From assembly GCF_001677475.2 (NCBI RefSeq), contig NZ_CP015229.1: a stretch of DNA of 64,000 nucleotides. The stretch is one strand, 5' to 3'. Position 1 is the first letter of the stretch, and each line of letters begins with the position of its first letter. The notes under the pieces are model-generated. The model saw only the letters and a program-made list of their open reading frames with translations, was not told the DNA's origin and did no database searches. This document shows, in pieces, positions 1 to 9,822 of the stretch. The translations under genes and the position numbers were made by a program. Source of the stretch: Escherichia coli (GTDB lineage Bacteria > Pseudomonadota > Gammaproteobacteria > Enterobacterales > Enterobacteriaceae).

Positions 1-87
1 TGGTGCGAGGGGGGGGACTTGAACCCCCACGTCCGTAAGGACACTAACACCTGAAGCTAGCGCGTCTACCAATTCCGCCACCTTCGC
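1..87 (-). tRNA. leuQ: tRNA-Leu (anticodon CAG), 87 nt, ends CCA
   Basis: Reverse complement of 1..87 reads GCGAAGGTGGCGGAATTGGTAGACGCGCTAGCTTCAGGTGTTAGTGTCCTTACGGACGTGGGGGTTCAAGTCCCCCCCCTCGCACCA, the E. coli Leu tRNA; adjacency to rsmC suggests leuQ. Window starts at the tRNA 3' end. Confidence 0.85.
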
Positions 88-128
88 ATACCGTCAATTC
101 TTAAAAAGAATTGCTACCACGGAGGCGC

Positions 129-156
129 ATTCTAGTGGTTTTCAGCTTTTCGTCAA
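129..156 (-). promoter_or_regulatory. sigma70 promoter of the leu tRNA operon (-35 TTGACG, 16-nt spacer, -10 TAGAAT, GC-rich discriminator)
   Basis: Read on the minus strand upstream of the tRNA 5' end: TTGACG-N16-TAGAAT followed by GCGCCTCC, typical of stringently controlled stable-RNA promoters. Confidence 0.55.
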
Positions 157-199
157 TAGTTAATTATCGCCGGAGGTGTAATTGCTGGAAAAATGTCCA

Positions 200-387
<188 letters not shown>

Positions 388-1419
388 TTAACCTTTCTTC
401 GCCTGGCGGGTCATAATGGCGCGATACACCTTGAAACGCCCGGTTTGCGCGATAACTTCGTGGAAGCCAAATGTCTCATCCAGCACGTCCGGATAAGGCA
501 GGAAGGCGTTCGCTACAATTCGCAGCTCGCCGCCGCTATTAAGATGACGCACCGCGCCGCGAATCAGCGTTTGCGCGGCATCCAGGCTGGTTTGCATCCC
601 ATCGTGGAACGGCGGGTTGGAGATGATCATATCAAAACGACCTTTCACCTCGGAAAAGACGTTACTGGCAAAGACTTCACCTTCAACACCGTTGGCCGCA
701 AGTGTTGCGCGGCTGGCTTCTACCGCTGGCGCAGAGACATCGCACAGAGTGAGACGAATTTTCGGTGAATGGCGCGCAAAGGCAACCGAAAGCACGCCCG
801 CGCCGCAGCCGACATCCAGCACTTTACCTTTCGTGTGCGGAGTTAACGTCGAGAGCAGCAACTGGCTACCGACATCCAGACCGTCGCGGCTAAACACGCC
901 AGGCAGCGTTTTGACCGTCAGGCCATCGACGCTGTATTCGCCCCAGAATTTATCGGCATCAAACACCGGCTGTTTTTCCAGACGACCAAAATAGAGGCCA
1001 CAGCGACGGGCGCTGTCGACTTTATTCAACGGCGCATAATCTGCCAGCATCTGTTCGGCGCTGCGCACGCCGCTGCGGTTCTCGCCAACGACAAAAATAT
1101 CCGTGCCCACCGGCAGCAGAGAAAGTAAATTCATCAACTGGAACTGGGCTTCCGGTTTGTTCTTCGGCCAGTAGTAAATCAAAGTATCGCAATCTGCGAC
1201 GTCATCCGCCGTGGCGACCAGGCTAAAACGGGCGTTATCCCCCATCTGGCGGCTTAACACCTGCCAATGGTGGAATTGCTGGGTATGAGCACGGCTGGCC
1301 GCGGTATCTAAACGCGCGGGCAGGTCATCCTGTAAGTCTCCGGCAAAAAGAATACGGCTTTGTTCGAAATCATCACTGTGACGCAGCAAGACTTCACTTG
1401 CCGGGGTAAATGCAGACAT
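388..1419 (-). CDS. rsmC: 16S rRNA (guanine1207-N2)-methyltransferase
   Basis: 343-aa ORF with a methyltransferase fold motif ([12 protein letters not shown]) and K-12 synteny next to holD. Confidence 0.9.
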   Translation of the reverse strand: MSAFTPASEVLLRHSDDFEQSRILFAGDLQDDLPARLDTAASRAHTQQFHHWQVLSRQMGDNARFSLVATADDVADCDTLIYYWPKNKPEAQFQLMNLLSLLPVGTDIFVVGENRSGVRSAEQMLADYAPLNKVDSARRCGLYFGRLEKQPVFDADKFWGEYSVDGLTVKTLPGVFSRDGLDVGSQLLLSTLTPHTKGKVLDVGCGAGVLSVAFARHSPKIRLTLCDVSAPAVEASRATLAANGVEGEVFASNVFSEVKGRFDMIISNPPFHDGMQTSLDAAQTLIRGAVRHLNSGGELRIVANAFLPYPDVLDETFGFHEVIAQTGRFKVYRAIMTRQAKKG

Positions 1420-1521
1420 GGAATGCTCCTCAATTAATACTGGCGGCGATTATAGCCATATGTTGGCGCGGTATCGACGAATTTGCTATATTTGCGCCCC
1501 TGACAACAGGAGCGATTCGCT

Positions 1522-1935
1522 ATGACATCCCGACGAGACTGGCAGTTACAGCAACTGGGCATTACCCAGTGGTCGCTGCGTCGCCCTGGCGCGTTGCAGG
1601 GGGAGATTGCCATTGCGATCCCGGCACACGTCCGTCTGGTGATGGTGGCAAACGATCTTCCCGCCCTGACTGATCCTTTAGTGAGCGATGTTCTGCGCGC
1701 ATTAACCGTCAGCCCCGATCAAGTGCTGCAACTGACGCCAGAAAAAATCGCGATGCTGCCACAAGGCAGTCGCTGCAACAGCTGGCGGTTGGGTACTGAC
1801 GAACCGCTATCACTGGAAGGCGCTCAGGTGGCATCACCGGCGCTCACCGAATTACGGGCAAACCCAACGGCACGCGCCGCGTTATGGCAACAAATTTGCA
1901 CATATGAACACGATTTCTTCCCTCGAAACGACTGA
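1522..1935 (+). CDS. holD: DNA polymerase III psi subunit
   Basis: 137-aa ORF MTSRRDWQLQQLGITQWSL...; recognised as HolD; overlaps rimI start as in K-12. Confidence 0.9.
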   Translation: MTSRRDWQLQQLGITQWSLRRPGALQGEIAIAIPAHVRLVMVANDLPALTDPLVSDVLRALTVSPDQVLQLTPEKIAMLPQGSRCNSWRLGTDEPLSLEGAQVASPALTELRANPTARAALWQQICTYEHDFFPRND

Positions 1936-2350
1936 TTTACCAGCGGCTTACCACATTGAACAACGCGCCCACGCCTTTCCGTGGAGTGAAAAAACCTTTG
2001 CCAGCAACCAGGGCGAGCGTTATCTCAACTTTCAGTTAACGCAAAACGGCAAAATGGCGGCGTTTGCGATTACGCAAGTGGTGCTAGATGAAGCTACATT
2101 GTTCAATATTGCGGTCGATCCTGACTATCAGCGTCAGGGATTGGGAAGGGCGCTGCTGGAACATCTGATCGACGAACTGGAAAAACGCGGCGTGGCGACG
2201 CTATGGCTGGAAGTCCGTGCTTCAAACGCTGCCGCCATTGCCCTGTACGAAAGTTTAGGCTTTAACGAGGCGACAATTCGCCGCAATTACTACCCCACCA
2301 CGGACGGTCGCGAAGACGCCATCATCATGGCGTTGCCAATCAGTATGTAA
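1904..2350 (+). CDS. rimI: ribosomal protein S18 alanine N-acetyltransferase (GNAT)
   Basis: 148-aa ORF with GNAT motif [13 protein letters not shown]; synteny holD-rimI-yjjG. Confidence 0.9.
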   Translation: MNTISSLETTDLPAAYHIEQRAHAFPWSEKTFASNQGERYLNFQLTQNGKMAAFAITQVVLDEATLFNIAVDPDYQRQGLGRALLEHLIDELEKRGVATLWLEVRASNAAAIALYESLGFNEATIRRNYYPTTDGREDAIIMALPISM

Positions 2351-2364
2351 GACAAGGTGGAATA

Positions 2365-3042
2365 ATGAAGTGGGACTGGATTTTCTTTGATGCCGATGAA
2401 ACGCTGTTTACCTTTGACTCATTCACCGGCCTGCAGCGGATGTTTCTTGACTACAGCGTCACCTTTACCGCTGAAGATTTTCAGGACTATCAGGCCGTTA
2501 ACAAGCCACTGTGGGTGGATTATCAAAACGGCGCGATCACTTCATTACAGCTTCAGCACGGGCGGTTTGAGAGCTGGGCCGAACGGCTGAACGTCGAGCC
2601 GGGTAAACTCAACGAAGCCTTTATTAATGCGATGGCGGAAATCTGTACGCCGCTGCCGGGCGCGGTTTCTCTGCTTAACGCCATTCGTGGCAACGCCAAA
2701 ATCGGCATCATCACCAACGGCTTTAGTGCCTTGCAACAGGTGCGTCTGGAACGCACGGGCCTGCGTGATTACTTCGATTTGCTGGTGATTTCCGAAGAAG
2801 TTGGCGTTGCCAAACCGAATAAGAAAATTTTCGATTATGCGCTGGAACAGGCGGGCAATCCTGACCGTTCACGCGTGCTGATGGTTGGCGACACTGCCGA
2901 GTCCGATATTCTCGGTGGCATCAACGCCGGGCTTGCGACCTGCTGGCTGAATGCGCACAATCGCGAGCAACCAGAAGGCATCGCGCCCACCTGGACCGTT
3001 TCTTCGTTGCACGAACTGGAGCAGCTCCTGTGTAAACACTGA
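2365..3042 (+). CDS. yjjG: HAD-family pyrimidine 5'-nucleotidase
   Basis: 225-aa ORF starting [15 protein letters not shown] (HAD DxD motif); K-12 synteny. Confidence 0.88.
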   Translation: MKWDWIFFDADETLFTFDSFTGLQRMFLDYSVTFTAEDFQDYQAVNKPLWVDYQNGAITSLQLQHGRFESWAERLNVEPGKLNEAFINAMAEICTPLPGAVSLLNAIRGNAKIGIITNGFSALQQVRLERTGLRDYFDLLVISEEVGVAKPNKKIFDYALEQAGNPDRSRVLMVGDTAESDILGGINAGLATCWLNAHNREQPEGIAPTWTVSSLHELEQLLCKH

Positions 3043-3132
3043 TTGCCTCCCCCCCGTTGATGGGTAAAATAGCCGCAATTTTTCGTTTTCAACAAGCGCG
3101 GCGCGATGCCGCTTACTCAAGAAGAAAGAATT

Positions 3133-3207
3133 ATGACGTTGTCTCCTTATTTGCAAGAGGTGGCGAAGCGCCGCACTTTTGCCATTATTTCTCACCCCAA
3201 TAATTAA
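3133..3207 (+). pseudogene. prfC: Displaced 5' end of prfC (first ~21 codons) left at attL, running into phage DNA to a stop
   Basis: ATG at 3133 encodes [22 protein letters not shown] then diverges (NN*) after the att core; the full prfC is at 54307. Confidence 0.8.
3184..3197. other. attL core (ATTATTTCTCACCC), left prophage junction
   Basis: Identical 14-bp sequence recurs at 54355..54368 inside the intact prfC 5' end; flanking ~20 bp match with one mismatch. Confidence 0.75.
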
Positions 3208-3361
3208 GCCTAAATTAAAGCTCTTTTACTTTTTCAAAGTCCTTTCAGTTAATTGATGTTTGGTTTTATAAGTCATTTAAATACAGTTAGTTATGTGGCT
3301 TCTTTAATTGAAAATTCTTTCATGTAACTTTAAATCGATCAGGTTGCTTTCATCAAAAATC

Positions 3362-3418
3362 TGTACATATGCTTGTACATAATGTACAAAGCAGCAGAGG
3401 TGTTTTGCGATTTGTACA
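3362..3418. promoter_or_regulatory. Cluster of four TGTACA-containing repeats (TTGTACATA / ATGTACAAA) between attL and int; candidate integrase arm-type sites
   Basis: ctgTACAtatgctTGTACATAATGTACAAAg ... tTGTACAag; the same 9-mers recur near attR (54172..54286). Confidence 0.4.
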
Positions 3419-3427
3419 AGGTGAGTA

Positions 3428-4663
3428 ATGGCGCTGTCTGATGCGTGGTTGCGTTCAGTCGTTGGAAAGGAACGTGATAAGGTTTTGGTTAAATCCGATC
3501 GTGATGGTCTGTCTGTCAGAGTATCACCGAAAGGTCGCGTAGTGTTCCAATATCGTTATCAATGGGCAGGGAAAGGTGAGCGCCTTGATATCGGAACTTA
3601 CCCGGCAACTGGATTAAAAGAGGCCAGAGAAGAAGTTATCCGTCTCCGTGGTGAACTCGAGTCAAACCGCAATCCACGATTAGTCAAGCAGGCTGAAAAA
3701 CGAAAAGCTACTGAAGCCATGACGGTAGAGTCTGTGATCCGTGCCTGGTATGAAGCATATTGTGTAAAAAATAAAAAAGGTTCTGAACAGATACTCCGCT
3801 CGTTTGAGCTGCACCTGTTCTCTAAAATCGGGAATATCCCTCACGATGCAGCTACATTGCATGATTGGTTAGAAGTCCTGGAGCCTCTTAGCACCAAGAC
3901 TCCAGCAATAGTAGACCGATTGCTAATTAACGCAAAGCAGGCTCATGTCTGGGCGTATAAGAGAAAGCTCATTGAAACTCGCCCACTGTCGGATATCACG
4001 GGTAAAGATATGGATATCCGTAAAGGTCAGAAAAAACGGTTTCTGACACATGATGAAATTAACATCCTTTATGCTGCGATCGATGGTTCTCGAATGGTTC
4101 CTAAATACCGAGCCTTCATTAAACTATTGCTGCATTTTGGTTGCCGTAGTTCAGAGCTAATTACTGCTAGGGTGGATGATTTTGATTTCATAAATAAGGT
4201 ATGGACTGTACCACCAGAACGACATAAGACTGGGGACATAACAGGCGAACCGCTAAAGCGGCCCATTATTGAACCGGTTGAAGAGCTTATAAAATACGTT
4301 ATCTCTATGAACAACGGTTCCGATATGCTTTTTACTAAGGAAGGAAGCAGGGAGCCAGTTGGTCGGACATCATTGCAGTCGCTGCCTTACAATTTAATGC
4401 AGTTCGCATGGCGACGTTTGGGGTATCAATTTCCTCATTGGTCTCTTCATGATTTGAGACGAACAGCACGAACAAACTTTTCTGATCTTACTGCTCCTCA
4501 TATTGCTGAAATAATGCTTGGTCATAAACTGCCAGGTGTATGGCAAGTTTATGATAAGAGCGATTATCTAGAAGAACAGCGTAAAGCTTACTGGGCATGG
4601 TGGGAGAGGGTTGAATCGATCGTTACTTGTACTGACTTAATCTCCAACGGACAGTTTGCGTAG
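3428..4663 (+). CDS. int: Tyrosine integrase, P4-type (N-terminal arm-binding domain plus catalytic domain)
   Basis: 411-aa ORF directly inside attL; C-terminal HDLRRTARTN and catalytic Y region typical of tyrosine recombinases; SD AAGGTGAG before ATG. Confidence 0.9.
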   Translation: MALSDAWLRSVVGKERDKVLVKSDRDGLSVRVSPKGRVVFQYRYQWAGKGERLDIGTYPATGLKEAREEVIRLRGELESNRNPRLVKQAEKRKATEAMTVESVIRAWYEAYCVKNKKGSEQILRSFELHLFSKIGNIPHDAATLHDWLEVLEPLSTKTPAIVDRLLINAKQAHVWAYKRKLIETRPLSDITGKDMDIRKGQKKRFLTHDEINILYAAIDGSRMVPKYRAFIKLLLHFGCRSSELITARVDDFDFINKVWTVPPERHKTGDITGEPLKRPIIEPVEELIKYVISMNNGSDMLFTKEGSREPVGRTSLQSLPYNLMQFAWRRLGYQFPHWSLHDLRRTARTNFSDLTAPHIAEIMLGHKLPGVWQVYDKSDYLEEQRKAYWAWWERVESIVTCTDLISNGQFA

Positions 4664-4821
4664 CCAGAGCGTAATCATATCTGCCAGTCCGCTGCGGATA
4701 CCTTGTGTACTGGGTTTTTAGCCAGACTACGTTAACCGGTAGCTTCAGTATTTGGGGTGTCGGCAGGAGTTTGATGGTTTATTGGGTTACTGTGGGACTA
4801 AGGATGTAGGGATGCCAATCG

Positions 4822-5955
4822 ATGAATTATGAAAAATATCATAGCACAAACAGAAGCAAGGGTTTGCGAACCTTCTGCTACTTAATTTATTATGTGCAGG
4901 TGATTTTTAATGTGATGAAGTGTTTTATGACTCGCGGAAACTTTGATTTTATAAACTCTAACGTGGTTTTCTCAGAAGCCGATAAGTCATTGTGGATTGA
5001 TCTCATTAACACCGATTGTATTTGGTATGATATGATAATTAATCCTCCTGATGATATAAGAACAAATAAGATAATAAAGAACTATCTCAGAATTATGGAA
5101 AAATATACGAGGGAAAGCTGTGAAAAGAGATTTATTTATTTCTTAGGTTCAAGAAAAAAAGTGAGGTTTTCAACCAAGAAACAGCCTAGGTATAACCCAT
5201 TCACAAAAAATATAGTATTCACTCTGTTGATTGGCAAAGAAGAGCGAAAGCTTCGGATAAAATATTCCTTTTGCACGTTTACGCAGAATGGGGTAGTGAA
5301 GGTAACTCCAAATGTTAGAGTAACTGAGAAGTTTCTCTACATTGAATATGAAAATGGCAATTTATGTGTGATGTCAGTTCATGATTTCGTAAACGGACAT
5401 TATATTGATTTAGGAATTCATACAGAAGTGCATTACGTAGGATATACACGTCATCCGCATCGGCGCCCTGTTGATTTTATTCACCGTGGCTTATCAAAGA
5501 TGCTGTATAGCGTTTCAAATGACGATAATGATTTTTTTGTTTGTTTTAGTATATTTAATCCAAGGATTATATCTCTGAATAATAAATGTAATGTGGTCTT
5601 TAATATTTCAAATTCTCTACTGGATGAAATTGATGTTGATAATGAGGGGAGAATTATTGAAAACTGCTTAATACGTTACTTTGATCCTAAGCTTCAAGAT
5701 GATGACAAGGAAAGTAAAAGGTCAGATTTAAATAAAATGTTTATGGACCTGGTGGAAAATAAAAAAATTAAAAAAATATACGTTAATTTTCAATATGAAA
5801 GGAATAATGAGTATTTCTGCTTTTACTCTAAAGTTGTTCCGCCGAAATTTCATCATTTCTTTGTGTTGGATTTTTCTGATGGCAAGATAAATATTGATAG
5901 AGACCAGGATATGATGACTCAGATGGCATTGTGCATGGGGTATTATAATTATTAA
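4822..5955 (+). CDS. Hypothetical protein, strongly AT-rich cargo gene between int and xis (function unknown)
   Basis: Single uninterrupted 377-codon ORF with N/K/I/F-rich composition, much lower GC than the flanks; alternative in-frame ATG at ~4915 has a better SD. No motif I can assign. Confidence 0.55.
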   Translation: MNYEKYHSTNRSKGLRTFCYLIYYVQVIFNVMKCFMTRGNFDFINSNVVFSEADKSLWIDLINTDCIWYDMIINPPDDIRTNKIIKNYLRIMEKYTRESCEKRFIYFLGSRKKVRFSTKKQPRYNPFTKNIVFTLLIGKEERKLRIKYSFCTFTQNGVVKVTPNVRVTEKFLYIEYENGNLCVMSVHDFVNGHYIDLGIHTEVHYVGYTRHPHRRPVDFIHRGLSKMLYSVSNDDNDFFVCFSIFNPRIISLNNKCNVVFNISNSLLDEIDVDNEGRIIENCLIRYFDPKLQDDDKESKRSDLNKMFMDLVENKKIKKIYVNFQYERNNEYFCFYSKVVPPKFHHFFVLDFSDGKINIDRDQDMMTQMALCMGYYNY

Positions 5956-6164
5956 TATTTCGCCTGATGCCAACTCAAAATCTTTTTTGTCGCATCCATT
6001 GTGGATTAATATTCAGAGGTAAGGGGTATCTGCGGAATTTATATTTTGCAGGATGAGCATACAATACATGATATAACATCTGTTTTTGGCACAGAGCATA
6101 TAGTCAGATTATGTTTAGTTCTGTGCCATAGATGGATATTATCTCACCTCTTGGCTAACTCTCA

Positions 6165-6359
6165 TTACTCAATAACTCCAGCAAATCTGTATATTTTGCG
6201 TGATGCCCATTTATTTGGGCAGGATTTAATATCAGGATCTGGAAAATCTGGCCTGTATTTCTGGCCTGTCCTCCTGTTTACGCTGTTCCAGCGAAGCACC
6301 GTCGATATTGAAACGCCACAGAATTCGGCGACTTGTTTTGTTGTCATTAAGTTGCTCAT
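6165..6359 (-). CDS. xis: Excisionase / AlpA-family small DNA-binding protein
   Basis: 64-aa ORF MSNLMTTKQVAEFCGVSISTVLRW..., winged-helix pattern of the AlpA/Xis family; SD GGAGGGG upstream; last gene of the leftward operon. Confidence 0.6.
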   Translation of the reverse strand: MSNLMTTKQVAEFCGVSISTVLRWNSVNRRTGQKYRPDFPDPDIKSCPNKWASRKIYRFAGVIE

Positions 6360-6393
6360 TGCTACCCCTCCAGCGGTTGTTCAGTTGAAAGAC

Positions 6394-6930
6394 TCATGCG
6401 CATGTGCGTAACTCCGATAACTCGTTAAAGCGTTCCATAAACATCCCGTAGGCATGGCCTGGCGACAGTGGAATAACTTTGAACATCTCTGTGGCAGAGA
6501 TGCCTTCCAGTACTGGCCAGAAAGAGCCATCATCAAGCCCGAGATCGCGGCGTTCGGTTGCCAGCATGATGAGATCGGCATATTTCACGGGTGTACTCAT
6601 AACCGGGGGTAACCCGTATTTCTCACGGATTACTGTGTCTATTTTTTCTTCCATCCGTTTATAGTCAGGAAGAAAGCGTTTCAGTGGTGCGGGGATGTCC
6701 TGGCAATACGCTTCTGTTGCATCATGCATTAACGCTTCAAAAGCAAATTCCTGCGGTACCAGCTGGCTGCAAAGCACCGCATGTTGGGCGACGCTGTAGA
6801 AGTGTGAAAGATGACCGGCAAAGCGACAGATATTTGAAAGGGAAACCGCGATATCGTTAATATCGATGTCGTCTTTATTTATCCTGTCATAATAAAAATG
6901 CTTCCCGGAAAAAGTTTTAATAAATGACAT
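6394..6930 (-). CDS. HD-domain phosphohydrolase, YfdR-like (5'-deoxynucleotidase family)
   Basis: HD motif (ALMHDATEAY); N-terminus MSFIKTFSGKHFYYD with SD GGAGAA chosen at 6930 rather than the track start 6957. Confidence 0.75.
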   Translation of the reverse strand: MSFIKTFSGKHFYYDRINKDDIDINDIAVSLSNICRFAGHLSHFYSVAQHAVLCSQLVPQEFAFEALMHDATEAYCQDIPAPLKRFLPDYKRMEEKIDTVIREKYGLPPVMSTPVKYADLIMLATERRDLGLDDGSFWPVLEGISATEMFKVIPLSPGHAYGMFMERFNELSELRTCA

Positions 6931-7057
6931 TTTGTTCTCCACGTATATGCGTTGCACCGTGCTGAATTCTGGTAAAAGGAAGCCCTCACCATCTGGCGAT
7001 TATTGGGTAAATTATGTTGACATAAATGCCCCCGCAGGGGCATTTGCAGTAATGAAA

Positions 7058-7882
7058 TCAGGCGGTGAAAGTACCAATAAAGGTTTCTACTTTGCTGTCT
7101 TTGAATTTCTCAACAAGCAGATCACGAAATTCGTTAGCCATTTCTTCCTGCACCGCTTCCAGCTGAATAATGCGCAGAACCAGTACAGGACGATCGCCAG
7201 TGATAATGCTGAGGCGTAATTTAAACGGACGTTCTTTCAGACCTTCAAACGGAACGCATTTAAATTCAAATGCCACTGGCATAATGTCTTTGGTCTTCGC
7301 TTCGACAGACTCCATCAGGGAGCGTTTGCCGCTGAAGTCATTATCTTCAAAATCAGCGGTCTGGTTCGCTTCAATTGTGATTTTACGGATCGCCGCAGCC
7401 GCTTTGGTTGCCTGAATGGCGTCACCATTAGCATCAAAGCCCACAAGGTAGTCGGCCCAGTCTTCAATCCATTCTGCCAGTGACTTCTGGGAGTTACGCT
7501 CGCCGTTAACAGACAACAGGGCAGAGAACGGTGCTGTCTTTTTCAGTTTGAGAGTGGCGGTGTTATCTGCGTGACCTGGTTCATCAATAGTACCCAGGTT
7601 AAGCACACTGACTGCTCGCATATTATCGGCATCGATAAAGCAGCGGGTGCCTTCATCTGCAAGATCTTTAGAATAACGGGTAAAGTCATCGATGCTGGCA
7701 GTGGAAAGCGCACCACGGAAACGGAAGCGATTTAAATTAAATTTTTCCAGATCATGAATGCGGAAATTCTCAGGCAATGCCACAGCATCGGCACCAATCT
7801 TACTGATAATTTCATTAACACCCTGAGCAGAAATAAGGGCATGGATTTGATTAATTGCGGTTGCGTCTAAGTTCTGAGACAT
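7058..7882 (-). CDS. YfdQ-like (DUF2303) prophage protein
   Basis: 274-aa ORF; recalled similarity to KplE1 YfdQ; same operon as the YfdR-like gene. Confidence 0.6.
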   Translation of the reverse strand: MSQNLDATAINQIHALISAQGVNEIISKIGADAVALPENFRIHDLEKFNLNRFRFRGALSTASIDDFTRYSKDLADEGTRCFIDADNMRAVSVLNLGTIDEPGHADNTATLKLKKTAPFSALLSVNGERNSQKSLAEWIEDWADYLVGFDANGDAIQATKAAAAIRKITIEANQTADFEDNDFSGKRSLMESVEAKTKDIMPVAFEFKCVPFEGLKERPFKLRLSIITGDRPVLVLRIIQLEAVQEEMANEFRDLLVEKFKDSKVETFIGTFTA

Positions 7883-7947
7883 AATAAGTCCTCACTATAT
7901 AAAGATATTCAGTGATGAGATAAATAATCGGTTAATTAAGAACGATA

Positions 7948-8310
7948 TTAATGACCTGCTGCGCGGAGTTTTCCGTCAGGTTCACCGGCAAGAGTCAGTA
8001 ATTGTCCCTGGTCTTCCTGCAGAATAGTCAGGCGACCACCGCGATTGACATACATCGGCGTTTCGGTGGTGTCTTCTTCGGAAATTTTCCCGCGGTTAGT
8101 CGGGCGAACATATGAGAGTTTGTGTTTGATTTTCACACGGTTCTCATCAAATGGTTCGATTTCCAGGTTGAGTGAGACCTTACCTTTGGTTTTCGTGTTC
8201 ATCACACCTGAAGCGACTTCACTGAGAACTGCGCCGATTTTGGTTTCAAATACGCCGCCGTCCAGCTCCCCGATAAATGCCTGCACATCAGTACTGCGTT
8301 CGCTAGCCAT
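7948..8310 (-). CDS. YfdP-like prophage protein (120 aa)
   Basis: Track ORF trimmed to internal ATG at 8310 (MASERSTDVQ...) preceded by SD GAGGAG; synteny with yfdQ/yfdR-like genes. Confidence 0.5.
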   Translation of the reverse strand: MASERSTDVQAFIGELDGGVFETKIGAVLSEVASGVMNTKTKGKVSLNLEIEPFDENRVKIKHKLSYVRPTNRGKISEEDTTETPMYVNRGGRLTILQEDQGQLLTLAGEPDGKLRAAGH

Positions 8311-8944
8311 TTTGCTGCTCCTCATCATATCGACCCTGCAAGGTCGGTTGGTTTCTCCACAAAACAGAGAAGAACACCTGCGGTGGCAGCCGCCCGGATG
8401 GATTGGGTTATGAGCCCGTCGTCCGGTGATGCTCTTCTCTGTTTTGTAAAAAGAGCGGTACCAGCCGGAAGCAAGTGTACAAACTGGTACCGCCAAAGCA
8501 GTGGCTGTTGTGGTGACCGGTGCTGATCTCCGGCTTGCGGTTATTTCAGACTCTCACGGGTGTTTAATTGCCCCGCCGAACAGCTCTTTTCCGCAATAGC
8601 TGCAATGTCTTTCGCGCATCAGCCTGCGCATTCACCACAACGCTGAGAGCACTTAGCCAGTTACGGCACCACACTTTGTCGCGGTTCCATAAATGCCCTC
8701 ATCGTTGCACCCTGGTCTCTTCCCAGGTGTCAAACCGAACCGCCACGCTGGTTAGGCGTCTTATCAGCATCATCATTGACTTGCACATTCCGGCTACCTG
8801 GTTTGTTTGCCCGAGCAAGGAGTGGATTGTCCCCTTTAACGTCCCCAGACCGCTAACGACGCATGTGCCATACGCCGTGTTACAACCAAATTTTGTTAGT
8901 ACCTTGTTTGTTGGTCTGGAAAGAAAGATAAAATGAAGTTGCGC

Positions 8945-8985
8945 ATTATGCAAGTGTTTTTGTTGCGAGATATGCAATTTGATGG
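8945..8985. promoter_or_regulatory. Putative OL operator/PL promoter region (TTGCG-N5-TGCAA palindromes)
   Basis: TTGCGCATTATGCAA and TTGCGAGATATGCAA immediately downstream of the cI terminator; the same half-site recurs in the cI-cro intergenic region. Confidence 0.4.
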
Positions 8986-8989
8986 GTAA

Positions 8990-9012
8990 TGAAAAGCCAC
9001 CTTCGGGTGGCT
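8990..9012 (-). terminator. Rho-independent terminator downstream of the repressor gene
   Basis: GCCACC-TTCG-GGTGGC stem-loop followed by a U-run on the minus strand. Confidence 0.6.
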
Positions 9013-9032
9013 AATTGATGAGGAGGTAAGGG

Positions 9033-9725
9033 TTAATTGTGTCGCTTAAGGGTTTGTGACTGGCTGATTAAGACCTTTCCAAAGACCATAAACCGGTGTT
9101 CATTTTCGCTGGTAATTCCCCATTCACGGTAAATCTGGTTATCAGAAATCACCAGTAGTTTGTCAGGTATCATTTGCAGTCGTTTGACATAAATTTTATC
9201 ATCAAAACCAAATACATAGATACCATCTCCATCAAACTGATTGATACTGACATCAACGAAGATGAGATCTCCTGGCTCAATGGTTGGACACATACTGTCC
9301 CCACGAACGTTGATTACTTTAATGTGATTTGCTGGCCGTCCGCCAAACATCGATACAGCATTATCAGTTCTGTATTCAATGGCATGAATCACATCAATGA
9401 CATCACCGCCCTGGATAAGGCCATTTCCCGCACTGGCACTGATATCCAGCATTTCAATACGGAATACATCCTTCACCTGCGCAACATCCTCACTAATACT
9501 GTTTTTACATACAGTATTACTTTTGAAGTCTGAGGTAAAGAGATCAGCAATATCAACACCTAAGCTCCTGGCAATATTACTCAGGGCTTGTTCAGTGAAT
9601 TGTTTCTGCTTACCTGTTTCCAGGCGCGAGATATTTGCCGCATCCACTCCTATTGCTTCAGCGAGATCGGCGATTTTCATGTTCTTCGCTTGGCGAAGTT
9701 GTCTGACTCGATTTCCTATGTTCAT
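9033..9725 (-). CDS. CI-like repressor (N-terminal HTH, C-terminal S24/LexA-type autopeptidase)
   Basis: 230-aa ORF; HTH (MKIADLAEAIGVDAANISRLETGK) and S24 peptidase motifs (GDSM ... KRL). Confidence 0.85.
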   Translation of the reverse strand: MNIGNRVRQLRQAKNMKIADLAEAIGVDAANISRLETGKQKQFTEQALSNIARSLGVDIADLFTSDFKSNTVCKNSISEDVAQVKDVFRIEMLDISASAGNGLIQGGDVIDVIHAIEYRTDNAVSMFGGRPANHIKVINVRGDSMCPTIEPGDLIFVDVSINQFDGDGIYVFGFDDKIYVKRLQMIPDKLLVISDNQIYREWGITSENEHRFMVFGKVLISQSQTLKRHN

Positions 9726-9729
9726 GCGT

Positions 9730-9822
9730 TTATTACATTTCTTTATTGCGCGTTAAGCAAATCAACTTGCGCAAAATATTTGCGTGAAATAATATGCTCA
9801 TCACGCAATATGTGGAGGTTAT
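9730..9822. promoter_or_regulatory. Divergent promoter/operator region between cI and cro (OR-like)
   Basis: Repeated TTGCGCAA / TTGCGTGA ... TCACGCAA palindromic half-sites between divergent genes. Confidence 0.5.

Noticed and set aside
6046-6411. 121-aa plus-strand ORF overlapping the xis candidate
   Set aside because: The minus-strand ORF has an SD and an AlpA/Xis-like pattern; the plus ORF lacks a ribosome-binding site.
8568-8977. ORFs 8568..8936 (+) and 8699..8977 (-) in the leader region
   Set aside because: No SD, no recognisable features, and the region looks structured and non-coding; treated as RNA/regulatory.
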